Positions 47,223 to 57,893 of a stretch of 64,000 nt of DNA are shown piece after piece. The translations under genes and the position numbers were made by a program. Numbering within the stretch: position 1 is the first letter of the stretch; each line of letters opens with the position of its first letter. Under the pieces are notes generated by a model that ran no database searches, was not told where the DNA came from, and worked only from the letters and a program-made list of their open reading frames with translations. The DNA comes from Vulcanimicrobiota bacterium (lineage in GTDB: Bacteria; Vulcanimicrobiota; Xenobia; Xenobiales; JADMJV01). The DNA is taken from the NCBI GenBank assembly GCA_050250895.1, contig JBFWNU010000001.1:744008-808007 (forward strand). The letters are read 5' to 3'.

Positions 47223-49763
47223 TTGACCCTGGACCGACCGATAGCGCGCAAGCTGGTCGCGGGCCTGACCCTATTGGTTGGGCTGGCTATTTCCATTGCT
47301 GCCTTCCAGTCGGTCCGCACCTGGGGCCTGAGCGACGCTAAGTTCAATTTTCAAAAAGCCACTTCAAACCGCGTCATGGCCGTGCAACGCGAACTCGACG
47401 CCGACATGGCCACCCTGCAAGCTCTGGCCGCCCTTTATCAAACCTTCTCACGAGTTAGCCGGGAAGAGTTCAACGAATTCACCAATCGCACCCTCGAAGA
47501 CCCGACCATCGCTAGCCTGTCCTGGGTTCCCCGAGTCGATGGCGCCCAGCGCAATACGTTTGTTCAGCTAGCCAGGGTAGAAGGCGACGATGACTATGAG
47601 ATCCGCGACAGCAATGGCAACCGGGTCGAGGGCAGAGACTCGTATTTTCCCATCCTTTACACCGCCGCTACCGCCACTGACGCTGACCTGGGACTGGATC
47701 TCGGCTCCGACGAACAGACGCTAGAAGCCCTGCGCCAGGCCGAGCAGAGTGGCAAGATGGTGGCGACTTCCAGAGTTCGACTGGGCCAGACCGATCGCGG
47801 CTTCGGCTTTATCGTCTACGTGCCTATCTTCGAAAAGAGTGAATTGCACAGCCGCATCCTCAGGGGCTTCGTGCGAGGCGTGTTCGACATCGAAGCCCTG
47901 GTGCGGGAGTCGCTAAAATACATCGACGAAGACGCGGCCGGCGTGCGCATCACCCTGCTCGACCTGCTGGTAAGCGACCCCAACGAGCAACTTCTCTACA
48001 CCGATTCGCTCGACGCCAGCGGCTCCGAGTTAGCCACCGAGGAGGGCTTCAAGCTCATCGAGCCGCTGATTCTGGCCGAGCGCAAGTGGCAAATCATCAG
48101 CGAATCGACCTCGGCCCACACGACCACCGCGGCCATGGCGTATACCTCCCTGGCCATCGGAGCCACCCTGACCATTCTGCTGGCTGCCTTCTTGCACTCG
48201 CTCATGGGTCGCACTTCCGAGATCGAGAAACTGGTGGAGCAGCGCACTGCCGAACTGGCTCAAAAAGCCACCGAACGCCAGGAAGCCCTCAAATTGCTGC
48301 GGCGCAGCGAGGAGCGTTACCGAGACCTGTTCGAGACAAGTCAGGCCTTGATATGGACTCACGACGAGGCGGGACTTATCCGGACCATCAACCCGGCCGC
48401 CGCTGTCTCGCTAGGATACACGCCCGCCGAGATGGTGGGCGAATCGCTACGCACCTTCATCATCCCCACCGAGCGCCACAAATTCAACACCTACCTCGAC
48501 ACGGTCAAGAGCAACGAATCCTCGCGCGGACTGCTCAAGCTCTATACCAAGAACGGAGCCACCCGGTTCTGGCTCTATCACAACTCACGCTATGAAGACG
48601 AAGAGTCGACCTATATCCGCTGCCACGCCCTCGATGTGACCGAGAGCCAGCAAGCCGAACGCGAACTAGCCCGCCTCAATCGCAAGAATCAACTGATTCT
48701 CGACTCGGCCGGCGAGGGTATCTTCGGAATCAACCTGGCCGGCGAGTGCAGCTTCGTCAACCCCGCCGCCCTCAAATACACCGGTCACTCCATGGAAGAA
48801 CTGCTTAAGGCCGATGTGCCCGTCCACGAGATGCTGCAGCCGCACCACCCCGACGGCCGCCCCTACCCATGGGAAGAGTCCCCCGCCTTCGCCACCCTGC
48901 AAGACGGCAGCGTGCGCCGCGTCGCCGACGAGCAGATGTGGCGCAAGGATGGCTCGTGGTTTCCGGTGGACTACGTGGTGACGCCCATTGTCGAAGAAGA
49001 GGACCGCATCCTCGGAGCGGTAGTGACCTTCCAGGACGTCACCGACCGCAAGGCCATCGAGCAGATGAAGAACGAATTCATCTCGATCGTCAGCCACGAA
49101 CTGCGCACGCCCCTGACCTCGATTCGCGGCTCGCTAGGATTGCTGGCCAGCGGAATGCTCAAGAAATTTCCCGACCGGGCCGACAGCATGCTCAAGATCG
49201 CCGTCGAGAACACCGACCGCCTGGTGCGCCTGATCAACGACATTCTCGACATCGAGCGGCTCGAGTCGGGCAAAGTCACCATCGATCGTTCGAAATGCAA
49301 CCTTGGCAATCTGATGACCCAGGCCGCGGACACCATGAACGCCATGGCCGGCAACGCCAAGGTCACCCTCGAGGTTACCCCGCTCGAGCGCGAAGTCTAT
49401 GCCGACTCCGATCGCATCCTGCAAGTGCTGACCAACCTGCTCAGCAACGCCATCAAATTCTCGCCCGAAGGCGCGAGCATCGAACTGCGAGCCAAAGAGT
49501 CCGACAAAGGCGTGTTGGTCCAGGTCCAAGACCACGGCCGCGGCATCCCTGAAGACAAAGTCGACAAGATCTTCGAGCGCTTCGGCCAGGTCGACGCCAG
49601 CGACTCGCGCGAGAAAGGCGGCACCGGCCTGGGCCTTCCCATCTGCAAGACCATCGTTCAACAACATGGTGGTGACCTCTGGGTGGAGAGCACCCTGGGC
49701 GAAGGCAGCATCTTCCAATTCACCATCCCCGACGTCGAACCCGAACACGACGAAGCCGCTTGA
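47223..49763 (+). CDS. CHASE-PAS-PAS sensor histidine kinase (orphan in this window)
   Basis: CHASE (WVPRV, YFPI.Y, LGLDL), two PAS domains, SHELRTPLTSI, NLLSNAIKF, DHGRGIP, GGTGLGL. Confidence 0.93.
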   Translation: MTLDRPIARKLVAGLTLLVGLAISIAAFQSVRTWGLSDAKFNFQKATSNRVMAVQRELDADMATLQALAALYQTFSRVSREEFNEFTNRTLEDPTIASLSWVPRVDGAQRNTFVQLARVEGDDDYEIRDSNGNRVEGRDSYFPILYTAATATDADLGLDLGSDEQTLEALRQAEQSGKMVATSRVRLGQTDRGFGFIVYVPIFEKSELHSRILRGFVRGVFDIEALVRESLKYIDEDAAGVRITLLDLLVSDPNEQLLYTDSLDASGSELATEEGFKLIEPLILAERKWQIISESTSAHTTTAAMAYTSLAIGATLTILLAAFLHSLMGRTSEIEKLVEQRTAELAQKATERQEALKLLRRSEERYRDLFETSQALIWTHDEAGLIRTINPAAAVSLGYTPAEMVGESLRTFIIPTERHKFNTYLDTVKSNESSRGLLKLYTKNGATRFWLYHNSRYEDEESTYIRCHALDVTESQQAERELARLNRKNQLILDSAGEGIFGINLAGECSFVNPAALKYTGHSMEELLKADVPVHEMLQPHHPDGRPYPWEESPAFATLQDGSVRRVADEQMWRKDGSWFPVDYVVTPIVEEEDRILGAVVTFQDVTDRKAIEQMKNEFISIVSHELRTPLTSIRGSLGLLASGMLKKFPDRADSMLKIAVENTDRLVRLINDILDIERLESGKVTIDRSKCNLGNLMTQAADTMNAMAGNAKVTLEVTPLEREVYADSDRILQVLTNLLSNAIKFSPEGASIELRAKESDKGVLVQVQDHGRGIPEDKVDKIFERFGQVDASDSREKGGTGLGLPICKTIVQQHGGDLWVESTLGEGSIFQFTIPDVEPEHDEAA

Positions 49764-49791
49764 CAAGGAGCGCTCGCGTTGCTCGTTTATA

Positions 49792-49877
49792 GCGGCGAAG
49801 CCAGTGCTCCCCTCTCCACGGCGCAGCCGTGGCTCCCCTCTCGACGACGAAGTCGTCGCTCCCCTCTCGCGAGAGCG
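49792..49877. repeat. Dispersed short relative of the 4319-4870 hairpin repeat
   Basis: Shares CTCTCGACGACGAAGTCGTCGCT and GCGGCGAAGCC; also CCACGGC-GCA-GCCGTGG; lies between convergent genes. Confidence 0.8.
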
Positions 49878-52109
49878 TTAATCCTGAAGCAAGAAGCGTC
49901 CGCCTCGGATGCGGACCAGATAGGGTTGGCGCTTGTTGAGGCGGCGGGCGGGCGAGAAGCTGCCGGTAACGCCTTCGTAAGCGGGAGTGGATTGGCCGAT
50001 CGAGTCGAGATAGGCGCGCACTTTGGCTCGCTCGAAGCCAGCCGTGTCCAGGGCCTGGGCAGCCAGCAGCAGACTGTCATAGGCATTGGCCTCGCGATGC
50101 GAGGGCGTCAGACCCGAAAATTCGCGAGCGAAGTCGCGCGAGAACTTTTGAATCTCGGGCTTGGGCGCGTCGGGGTGGAAATAGGTGGAGAGCAAGAGTC
50201 CATCCACAGCCCCTCGGCCCTCGTGAAGCAACTCGTCTCCGAAGGCGGCATTCATCGAGGCTACCGGCAAAACCAGGCTTTGACTGCGCAACTGGTTGAG
50301 AAAGCCGGTCACCGGTGCAATCCGATAGTCGGCTAGAAAGACGAAGTCGGCTTTGGCTTCGGCCAACTCACCGAGAATGGGCCCAAAGTCGGTGGCGGAT
50401 TGCTGATAGCTCGAATAAAGAGCAACGTAGCCACCCTTTTCCTGAAAGTAGTCGGTGAACTCTTCGGCCATCGAACGCGAGACAATGCTGCTCTCGTCAC
50501 GCAGTATGGCTCCGCGGCTGAGGCCCTTGGCCAGGAAATAGTCGGCCAGGGCCTGCACTTTGCGAACGTCGGGCTCAGAGCAAGTAAACACATTCTCGCC
50601 CAGCGCCCAAACGCGGGGATCGCTGGCCACGGGGGCCAGCAGCGGCAAGCCGTCGCGGTTAGCCACCGGGGCCACAGCAATAGTGTTTTGCGAAGTGAAG
50701 GGCCCGATCACCAACGGATAATCTTGATTCTTGGCGACGGTCTGGATCAGGGCCAGTGCCACCGATACCTCGGACTCGTCGTCGTAGATGTCGAGCACCA
50801 GGGGCTGTCCCCGGATGCCGCCCTTCTGGTTGAGTTGGGCCTGGGCCATGGCCAGACCATACAGCAACTGGAACCCCTCGGCATCGCGACCGGTGACCGA
50901 GGTAATGACGGGAATACTGCGATGCTCGCCGCCCATCGAAGCGTAGGCATTCTGCTTGAGAATATGGGCTTCAGCGTCCTCAGGATAGCGGGTGACCAGA
51001 TCGTCGAGCAGATTGATGGCGGCCGAATAGTCACCCCTCTTGAGCAACTCGCGGGCCTCGACCTTCTTTGCACGGGTCCGTTCGAGCACCTCGAACAGCT
51101 GGCGCCCTTGAGGCACCGGAGCCGGCCGTCGCAAGCCCAGGGCGGCGCCGGTCACGAAGGTCAACGAGGCCAGTACCAGCAGGGTGGGCAGCCAACCCGG
51201 CATCCGTAGGCGCCGGCGCAAGACCACCGTCCGACGAGGCGGCAACGGCAAAATCTTCTTCTTCGGCTTTCTAGGAGGCTCGGGCTCCTTAGGCATCTCC
51301 TGCTGATATTTCTCGTCGGAAAGCAAAATCAGGATGTCTTTGATCAGCTCTGCCGCGCTCGCGTAGCGCTGGCCGGGATCGGGCTGAAGACAGCGCAGCA
51401 CCAGAGCTTCGACTCCGGTGTCGACGCCGGGACGATAGGGCCTGATCCGGTGGCTGCCATAAATGGGACTGGGAGGCTTGCCGGTGAGCACAAAATAGAG
51501 GGTAGCCCCCAGCGAGTAGATGTCGGAGCGCCCGTCGGTCTGCTGCAGGTCTTCCCATTGCTCGGGGGGGGCGTAGCCCACCGAACCCGAGGCCTGGGTG
51601 TCGCGGCGCTTTCCGGGCTCGAAGTGCCGAGCCAGGCCAAAGTCAACCAGCTTGACGTGACGGTCCTCGGTTACAATGATGTTCTCCGGCTTGAGGTCGC
51701 GAAAGATGACCGGCTTCTCCTGCCGATGCAAATAGTCGAGCACCTGAGCCAACTCGAGAGCCCACCGCAGGACCTGAGTTTCTTTGGGGGTCCCCTCGGT
51801 TTCGATGAACTTGGCCAGATTCTCGCCCTCGATGTATTCCATGACCAGAAACTGTTTGTCATGGGCGGCGAAGTAGTCGACGATCACCGGCAGCGTGCGG
51901 TGACGCAGGCCGGCCAGCATCTTGGCCTCGCGAATGAAACTGCCTTTGACGTGCTCGGCCACGGTCGGATCGTAGATGACCATCTCTTTGAGGGCCCAAT
52001 GCTTACCGGGCAGGCGCATGTCCTCACAAAGATAGACTGCCCCCATGCCCCCGCGACCGAGAAACTTCACCACCCGATATCGATCTTGAAAAACTTCGCC
52101 GATGTTCAT
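49878..52109 (-). CDS. Ser/Thr kinase fused to a branched-chain-amino-acid-type ABC substrate-binding domain
   Basis: GRGGMGAVY, FRDLKPEN, DFG, GYAPPEQ; TM helix; N..GGIRG..L.L..YDD, VIGPFTS, AYDS, YEGVTG. Confidence 0.9.
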   Translation of the reverse strand: MNIGEVFQDRYRVVKFLGRGGMGAVYLCEDMRLPGKHWALKEMVIYDPTVAEHVKGSFIREAKMLAGLRHRTLPVIVDYFAAHDKQFLVMEYIEGENLAKFIETEGTPKETQVLRWALELAQVLDYLHRQEKPVIFRDLKPENIIVTEDRHVKLVDFGLARHFEPGKRRDTQASGSVGYAPPEQWEDLQQTDGRSDIYSLGATLYFVLTGKPPSPIYGSHRIRPYRPGVDTGVEALVLRCLQPDPGQRYASAAELIKDILILLSDEKYQQEMPKEPEPPRKPKKKILPLPPRRTVVLRRRLRMPGWLPTLLVLASLTFVTGAALGLRRPAPVPQGRQLFEVLERTRAKKVEARELLKRGDYSAAINLLDDLVTRYPEDAEAHILKQNAYASMGGEHRSIPVITSVTGRDAEGFQLLYGLAMAQAQLNQKGGIRGQPLVLDIYDDESEVSVALALIQTVAKNQDYPLVIGPFTSQNTIAVAPVANRDGLPLLAPVASDPRVWALGENVFTCSEPDVRKVQALADYFLAKGLSRGAILRDESSIVSRSMAEEFTDYFQEKGGYVALYSSYQQSATDFGPILGELAEAKADFVFLADYRIAPVTGFLNQLRSQSLVLPVASMNAAFGDELLHEGRGAVDGLLLSTYFHPDAPKPEIQKFSRDFAREFSGLTPSHREANAYDSLLLAAQALDTAGFERAKVRAYLDSIGQSTPAYEGVTGSFSPARRLNKRQPYLVRIRGGRFLLQD

Positions 52110-52172
52110 GAAACTAGCCGCGACCAGAGGCCGCGTTCAGTAGGTTATACGTCCGAGCCCGAATCTCCCTCA

Positions 52173-52754
52173 TCACCTGGGAGTTTCGGCGTGGGCGGCC
52201 ACCAGCAGCCGGATCTTGACCTCGTCTCCGACCGCTCCGTGAGCGTCTTTCCAGGTGTCGACGCCAAAATCCGAGCGAAGCACCGCAAACGTTGCTCGGC
52301 AGCCGATGGTCCTTCGGCCCTGGTCGTCGGGAGGGGTGGGACCGCTAACCGTCACCAGGGCCGTGACGGGACGGGTGACCCCGTGCAGGCTCAAGTCGCC
52401 GTTCACAGCCAGTTGGCGCTCGTCGAATCTGGTCACCGAAGTGCTGCGAAAGCTGATTTTGGGATATTGCTCGACATTGAAGAAATCTTTGCTGCGCAGG
52501 TGCGCATCCCGCTTTTCGCTGGCCGTGTCGATACTGTCGGCATCGACCTCGAACCTGACCACCAGCGACTCGGGAGCCTCGGGATCGTAGGATACGACTC
52601 CCTGAAAGTGATTGAACCGACCCTCCAGACTGGAAACCAGGTAGCGAACGCCAAAACCGAGGGTACTGTGGACCGGGTCGACCACAAAATCATCAGCCCG
52701 CAGACTCGGGCTGAACCCGGCCACGATCAGCATCACCAGCAGGAATTGGCGCAT
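52173..52754 (-). CDS. YceI-family lipid/isoprenoid-binding protein
   Basis: DPVHS, SIDT..KRDAHLRSKDFF..QYPKISF, GDLSLHGVT, RSDFG; GGAGG RBS. Confidence 0.92.
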   Translation of the reverse strand: MRQFLLVMLIVAGFSPSLRADDFVVDPVHSTLGFGVRYLVSSLEGRFNHFQGVVSYDPEAPESLVVRFEVDADSIDTASEKRDAHLRSKDFFNVEQYPKISFRSTSVTRFDERQLAVNGDLSLHGVTRPVTALVTVSGPTPPDDQGRRTIGCRATFAVLRSDFGVDTWKDAHGAVGDEVKIRLLVAAHAETPR

Positions 52755-52813
52755 CAAACTCCTCCGTCGAGAGTGTGAAGGGGACTTTCTCTCCAGAAAA
52801 AGAACCCCTCCTC

Positions 52814-53698
52814 ATGGCACAGACTTCCGCAAAACTCCCATACCGTAAGATCATGTTCTACACCCTGGCCATTTTCGGGGTGCCGGTGGTGGTCCTGAGC
52901 CTGGCTCTGTGGGCTCGGGGTGATTTGGGCCAGGAGGCCGAAACCGGACTCGAGCCAAAAACGCCCGACCACCCCCCCGGCCTGGACCCGGCCCTGGCGG
53001 CCGAGGTCAAGCTGCGGCTGGCCGCTAGCCTGGCGGCGGGCAAACCTCAGCCGGTGGCCGCCCCCCGGGAACGCCGCCGCAGCAATCGTTTTGTGGCCGA
53101 GGTGACGGTCGAGGTTCTAGGAGAGCCTGCCTTTGATGCCATCATTTGCGAATTGAGCCTCGGGGGGGCGCGCCTGGCCAGCCCGGTGGCCGTCGATCCT
53201 GACACGATCGTCACTCTGGGCCCCAAAGGCAAGCCGTCGGCCGAAGCCTTTGTAGTGTGGCAACGCCCGGCTGGCGAAGCTTACGAACTCGGACTCTTCT
53301 TCAAAGCCGGAGCCGAAGAGGCCCCTTGGCTGATCGAGAGCCTGGTCAAAGCCGGCCTCGACTGGCCCACGCTCGAGCAGAAGCGGCGCTGGGTGCGCGG
53401 GCGCTCGGACTGCAGCGCCCAGGTCAAAAGCGCCAGCGGCGAGTGCCTCGAGGTGGAACTGATCGACCTTTCCCGAGCCGGTGCGCGTCTGGCCGGCCTA
53501 TTGCCGACCAGCGACGATGGGCGCTACCGCCTGTTGCTCAGCTCGCCCGATAGCGCCGACGGACTGGCCGTCCCGGCCCGCCTGCTCTTCTCGCGCGAAG
53601 GCCAGCACCATTTCGAATTCATCGGGCTCAACCGGGAACTCCGACGCCGGCTGGCTGTTCATATCCCTGAACCCAAGCCCGAGGAGGAATCGTCGTGA
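52814..53698 (+). CDS. Membrane-anchored protein with two PilZ domains
   Basis: TM helix; RRRSNR...ELSLGGARL and KRRWVR...DLSRAGARL; start uncertain (52775/52814). Confidence 0.75.
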   Translation: MAQTSAKLPYRKIMFYTLAIFGVPVVVLSLALWARGDLGQEAETGLEPKTPDHPPGLDPALAAEVKLRLAASLAAGKPQPVAAPRERRRSNRFVAEVTVEVLGEPAFDAIICELSLGGARLASPVAVDPDTIVTLGPKGKPSAEAFVVWQRPAGEAYELGLFFKAGAEEAPWLIESLVKAGLDWPTLEQKRRWVRGRSDCSAQVKSASGECLEVELIDLSRAGARLAGLLPTSDDGRYRLLLSSPDSADGLAVPARLLFSREGQHHFEFIGLNRELRRRLAVHIPEPKPEEESS

Positions 53699-54165
53699 AA
53701 AGATTTTTGTCGGTATTCCTGGTGCTGGTGGCCGCGGTCGCCAGCCAGGCCGAAGAGAAAGTCACCCGCACACCCGCAGAATGGAAGAAGCTGCTCAGCC
53801 CTGAGCAATACCACGTGCTGCGCGAAAAGGGGACGGAGCGTCCCTTCACCGGCAAGTTCCACGACAATCACAAGAGCGGGACCTATGTTTGCGCCGGCTG
53901 CGGCCAGGTTCTCTTCGAATCCGGCACCAAATTCGACTCGGGTACCGGTTGGCCCAGCTTCTACGCTCCGGCTAGCCAGCAGGCGGTCGACAACCTCAAG
54001 GATAACAGCCACGGCATGCAACGCATTGAAGTGCAGTGCAGCCGCTGCGGCGGCCACCTGGGTCACGTTTTCCAGGATGGCCCCAAGCCGACCGGCCTGC
54101 GTTACTGCATCAACTCGGCCTCGCTCGATTTCAAACCGGCCCCTGAAAAGAAGGGGCACAAATAG
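53695..54165 (+). CDS. msrB: Peptide-methionine (R)-S-oxide reductase MsrB, exported
   Basis: Signal peptide; [38 protein letters not shown]. Confidence 0.95.
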   Translation: MKRFLSVFLVLVAAVASQAEEKVTRTPAEWKKLLSPEQYHVLREKGTERPFTGKFHDNHKSGTYVCAGCGQVLFESGTKFDSGTGWPSFYAPASQQAVDNLKDNSHGMQRIEVQCSRCGGHLGHVFQDGPKPTGLRYCINSASLDFKPAPEKKGHK

Positions 54166-54187
54166 CCAGCGAGAAATCCGTTCGGCT

Positions 54188-54334
54188 ATGGAAAACAAGC
54201 TCTGTCCAACCTGCGGAGGCAGCAAACAGGTGCGGGTAGACTTTACGCCCACTCCGGTTTGGCGGGCCTGCCCCGCCTGTCGCAATCGCCGCCGCACCAC
54301 CCAGGCGACCCGACCCAAGGAAAAATCGGCCTAG
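54188..54334 (+). CDS. Small zinc-ribbon protein (48 aa)
   Basis: MENKLCPTCGGS...CPAC; fills the gap between msrB and the convergent gene. Confidence 0.5.
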   Translation: MENKLCPTCGGSKQVRVDFTPTPVWRACPACRNRRRTTQATRPKEKSA

Positions 54335-54816
54335 TGCGAGACCTCGGCCAGCAGTTCGAGGCCGGCGGGATGAAAGTGCACACCGGCCACCCCTAGCCGT
54401 AGCCGGGGGTGCCGGCCGGCCAGCCAGCGGTTGAGGCTGCTCAGACAGACGACCACTTCTCCGACATCGCCATCGCGCTCGCGGCGGCGGTCGAGGCGGA
54501 CCGTGTTGGCGGGCAGGCCCTGACGCAGCAAAACCGGACGCACGGCCCGCTCGATCCGCTGCGAGATCGTTCCCCATAAGGCCGAGGTCAGCTTGCTCAA
54601 GAGGAAGCGTCCGGTCAAGTCGCCACGAATCTGTGAAAAAGGGATCGAGAAAACCAGCTCCGAGTCGCGGCAGGCAGGCACAATCACAGCCGTGGCCGCG
54701 CCCACCGGCAGCTTGAAATGGCCCACCAAACAGCCTTGCTCGTAGCGAAGTTGGTGATCGGGAATCCGGGCCAGCAGACCGTTGACCAGCCCGCTATCGA
54801 CTGACAGCCGAATCAC
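54331..54816 (-). CDS. Hypothetical protein
   Basis: GTGA overlap with the upstream zinc-ribbon gene; protein-like composition. Confidence 0.6.
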   Translation of the reverse strand: MIRLSVDSGLVNGLLARIPDHQLRYEQGCLVGHFKLPVGAATAVIVPACRDSELVFSIPFSQIRGDLTGRFLLSKLTSALWGTISQRIERAVRPVLLRQGLPANTVRLDRRRERDGDVGEVVVCLSSLNRWLAGRHPRLRLGVAGVHFHPAGLELLAEVSH

Positions 54817-55196
54817 TCGCCGCCAAAGAGTCCGATGGTGAGGTCCAACTCCACCGACTCGGTCTCGAGCCGGCAGTCGTCGACTTCCAGCGTAACCGAG
54901 CCCTGACCCACCACGTCCAGCTCCAGACGGGTGCTCTTGAGGGGCAGGTGGGTGACCCGAACCTTGACCGTTCCCTGATCGACGAGCAGCCGACCGTCCT
55001 GGTAGGACAACGTCATGCCGTCGCGATTGGCGAACTCACTCAACAGGATGTTTACGGTGTCTTTGTCGAGCGAGATCTTGCCGCGACCGGTGGTGGGGCC
55101 CGCCTGACTGGGGACACCCACCAGGGAGCCTCCGCAACTTCCGCAAAATTGCTTGCCGGCGCGAGCCTGGGTGCCGCATTGTGGACAGGTGACCAT
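54813..55196 (-). CDS. Zinc-ribbon domain protein
   Basis: CPQCG...FCGSCG; GGGGG RBS-like sequence upstream. Confidence 0.75.
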   Translation of the reverse strand: MVTCPQCGTQARAGKQFCGSCGGSLVGVPSQAGPTTGRGKISLDKDTVNILLSEFANRDGMTLSYQDGRLLVDQGTVKVRVTHLPLKSTRLELDVVGQGSVTLEVDDCRLETESVELDLTIGLFGGE

Positions 55197-55307
55197 GAAT
55201 ACCCCCTGATTGGAATGGTACGCCTTTCTAGCCCCTGTCCGGGCCTCCTTTTCAAGCCAACGAGCCGGCGCGAAGGCGATTTCGTCCCGACGCCAGAAGC
55301 TAGGCCC

Positions 55308-55850
55308 ATGGTTACCGGAAACAGGCCCTGGAAAAGGTTGCTTCTGCTAGTGTTGGCCTTGTCGACAGCGGCGGCGGCCCAGGATTTCTTCAAGCTGGTC
55401 GAAACCGGCACGCCGGCCCAGATTCAAGCCGCCTTCGAAGCCGACACCAGCCTGCTCGACACCACCGACGGCGGACGCACGGCTCTGCACGTGGCTGCCG
55501 CCCGGGGCGACACAGAGATCCTCCAGTTGCTGCTCGACCAAAGACTGTCGGTCACCGGCGGGGGGAGCTGGACGCCCCTCCACGAGGCAGCTCTCAACGG
55601 CCACTATGAAGCGGCCCGCTTGTTGCTCCGGGCGGGGGCTCCCGTCAATGCCCGCGAGAACTCGAACGGGGGTACCCCGCTCCATGTGGCCGCCTTCAAC
55701 GGCCACCTGAAGGTGGTCCAGCTGTTGCTGGCCTCGGGGGCCAAGGTCAACGCCCGTGACCGCGACGGCTGGACAGCCCTCTCGCAAGCCCGCGACCAGG
55801 GCTTTCCCGAGGTGGAAGCCGCACTCAAGAAAAACGGAGGCACACGCTAA
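55308..55850 (+). CDS. Exported ankyrin-repeat protein
   Basis: Signal peptide; GRTALHVAA, WTPLHEAA, GTPLHVAA, GWTALSQA. Confidence 0.9.
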   Translation: MVTGNRPWKRLLLLVLALSTAAAAQDFFKLVETGTPAQIQAAFEADTSLLDTTDGGRTALHVAAARGDTEILQLLLDQRLSVTGGGSWTPLHEAALNGHYEAARLLLRAGAPVNARENSNGGTPLHVAAFNGHLKVVQLLLASGAKVNARDRDGWTALSQARDQGFPEVEAALKKNGGTR

Positions 55851-57010
55851 TTCTTTCGCTGCTAGCTACCTGTTCGTTCGGGCTCGAGGCCGTGCTGGCC
55901 CGAGAACTTGCCGACCTCGGCGTGTCAGAGGTCAGTCCCGACAACGGGCAAGTCGCCTTCTCGGGCGGCCCCGAGGAGTTGGCCCGGGCCAATCTGTGGT
56001 TGCGCACCGCCGATCGGGTCTGGATCAAGATGGGCGACTTCTCGGCCTCTACCTTCGACGAGCTCTTCGAGGGTACCCGCGCCCTCGATTGGCCAGCCTA
56101 TCTGCCCAGGAATGCCGAGTTTCCGGTGACCGGATTTTCGGTGAAGTCCCAACTGTCGAGCGTACCCGCCTGCCAGAAAATCGTGAAGAAAGCCGCCGTC
56201 GAGAAACTTCGGGCCAAGTACCGGATGGAATGGTTCCCCGAAGACGGCGCCCCGTTTCCTATCCGCTTCAACCTGATCAAGGACCACTGCACCGTCCTGC
56301 TCGACACCAGCGGAACGGGCCTGCACCGGCGGGGTTATCGAACCTACAACGCCGAGGCGCCGTTGCGAGAAACGCTGGCGGCCGGGCTGGTCTTGCTCAG
56401 TTACTACAACAAAGATCGCCTGCTCTACGATCCCATGTGCGGTTCCGGCACGATTTTGCTCGAGGCAGCCATGATCGCTCTCTCGCGGGCGCCGGGACTG
56501 CGCCGCACTTTCGCCTCGGAACGGTGGCCGTTTCTGGGGGAAGCCCCCTGGAAGGCCGCTCGCGACCAGGCCGCCGAACTCTTCGATCGCACCTCGCAAC
56601 TGCAGCTGTTTGGTTCGGATGCCGACGGACGCGTGTTGGACCTGGCCCGCACCCATCTCACCCAGGCCGGCCTCGACGAGCGTGGCATCCATTTTCAAAA
56701 GCGCGAGGTCGAAGACTTCAGCAGCAAAAAGCAGTATGCCGTCGTCATCACCAATCCGCCCTACGGCTACCGCCAGGGAGAACTCGAAGAGGTCGAGGAA
56801 CTTTATCGCCAACTGGGCCGGCTCTTCACCAACGAAACCTGGTCGCTCTACTTCTTGACCTCGCATCCCGACTTTGCCCGTCTCTTTGGTCACGGCCAGC
56901 CGCGCAAACGCAAGCTTTATAACGGCAAGCTGGCCTGCACTTACTACCAGTATCCAGGCCCCCGTCCCCCCGGACCCAAGAGGCCAAAAGCCGCGGCTCA
57001 CGAAGGATAG
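55850..57010 (+). CDS. THUMP-domain SAM-dependent RNA methyltransferase (RlmL/YpsC-like)
   Basis: ANLWLRTADRV, DTSG..LHRRGYR, APLRETLAA, DPMCGSGT, TNPPYG; family-like N-terminus ATCSFGLE lies upstream of GTG 55892 (see finding). Confidence 0.9.
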   Translation: MLSLLATCSFGLEAVLARELADLGVSEVSPDNGQVAFSGGPEELARANLWLRTADRVWIKMGDFSASTFDELFEGTRALDWPAYLPRNAEFPVTGFSVKSQLSSVPACQKIVKKAAVEKLRAKYRMEWFPEDGAPFPIRFNLIKDHCTVLLDTSGTGLHRRGYRTYNAEAPLRETLAAGLVLLSYYNKDRLLYDPMCGSGTILLEAAMIALSRAPGLRRTFASERWPFLGEAPWKAARDQAAELFDRTSQLQLFGSDADGRVLDLARTHLTQAGLDERGIHFQKREVEDFSSKKQYAVVITNPPYGYRQGELEEVEELYRQLGRLFTNETWSLYFLTSHPDFARLFGHGQPRKRKLYNGKLACTYYQYPGPRPPGPKRPKAAAHEG

Positions 57011-57017
57011 GGCCTTC

Positions 57018-57893
57018 ATGCTCATTCGCTTCTTCCGAGAGCTGGACTATGCGCCGGTCAGCCAACTACTGAACGCGGTCTATCGCAACCCGACCCGCAT
57101 GGCCCACCTCACCCCCGAACGGCTGCGGACCGAGTATCGCAATCGAGGCACCAACCCCCACGAAAACTGTGTGGTGTTGGAGTCCCCCGAGGGCGAGCTG
57201 GTCGGTTTTTGCGGCTACGAGCCCCTCCCTGACGGCCGGGCCCTGCTCGACGGACCGGTGTTGCACACCGAGTTTCGCGGTCAGGGTTGGGGCCAACGGC
57301 TGTGGCAAGAGGTCGCGACCCTGCTCAGGGCTCGAGGCATTCGGACCGTTTCCGTCGTTCTGGGCGAGGCCAACGGCGAAGGCCTGGACTTTGCCAAACG
57401 GGTGGGATTCGCCCCCGAGAAAACCGATGTCATCGTGATCTGCGAAAATTCAGCCCGCCACGAGATCAACCCCCCCGACGGGATCAGCGTAAGCCTGGCC
57501 GACAACGACCTCGACCTGGCCGAATACGAAGACCTTCACGCCAGCCTGTTCAGCCGCCGCAGCCTGGCCTACCTCGGCGTGTTGGCCCGGGCCGACAATT
57601 ATCGTATCTTTGTGGCCCGCGATGGAGCCGACCTGGTGGGACACCTCGAGCTTGAGTTTCTCGACGAGGTGGCCACCATCGAGGCTTACGGCGTGGCCAC
57701 CACCCACCGCCGACGCGGCATCGGCCGGTGCCTGCTGGCGGCCGCCCTCAACGAGGCATGGAGCCAACCCGGGATTCGACTGGTGCGCCAGATCTGGAAG
57801 ACCAGTGAGCCTGGCTTCATCAAGGCCTATCTCGACATGGGCTTCGTCCAGAAGGCGGCCATTCACGGGCTGGTGCGCCAACTCGAGGGCTGA
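57018..57893 (+). CDS. Tandem GNAT acetyltransferase
   Basis: Two acetyl-CoA loops, FRGQGWG and HRRRGIG. Confidence 0.85.
   Translation: MLIRFFRELDYAPVSQLLNAVYRNPTRMAHLTPERLRTEYRNRGTNPHENCVVLESPEGELVGFCGYEPLPDGRALLDGPVLHTEFRGQGWGQRLWQEVATLLRARGIRTVSVVLGEANGEGLDFAKRVGFAPEKTDVIVICENSARHEINPPDGISVSLADNDLDLAEYEDLHASLFSRRSLAYLGVLARADNYRIFVARDGADLVGHLELEFLDEVATIEAYGVATTHRRRGIGRCLLAAALNEAWSQPGIRLVRQIWKTSEPGFIKAYLDMGFVQKAAIHGLVRQLEG

Noticed and set aside
22748-52778. Long opposite-strand ORFs (e.g. 22748..23827, 28048..29298, 36203..37270, 37280..38374, 51450..52778)
   Set aside because: Antisense shadows of well-supported genes, expected with GC-rich codon bias.
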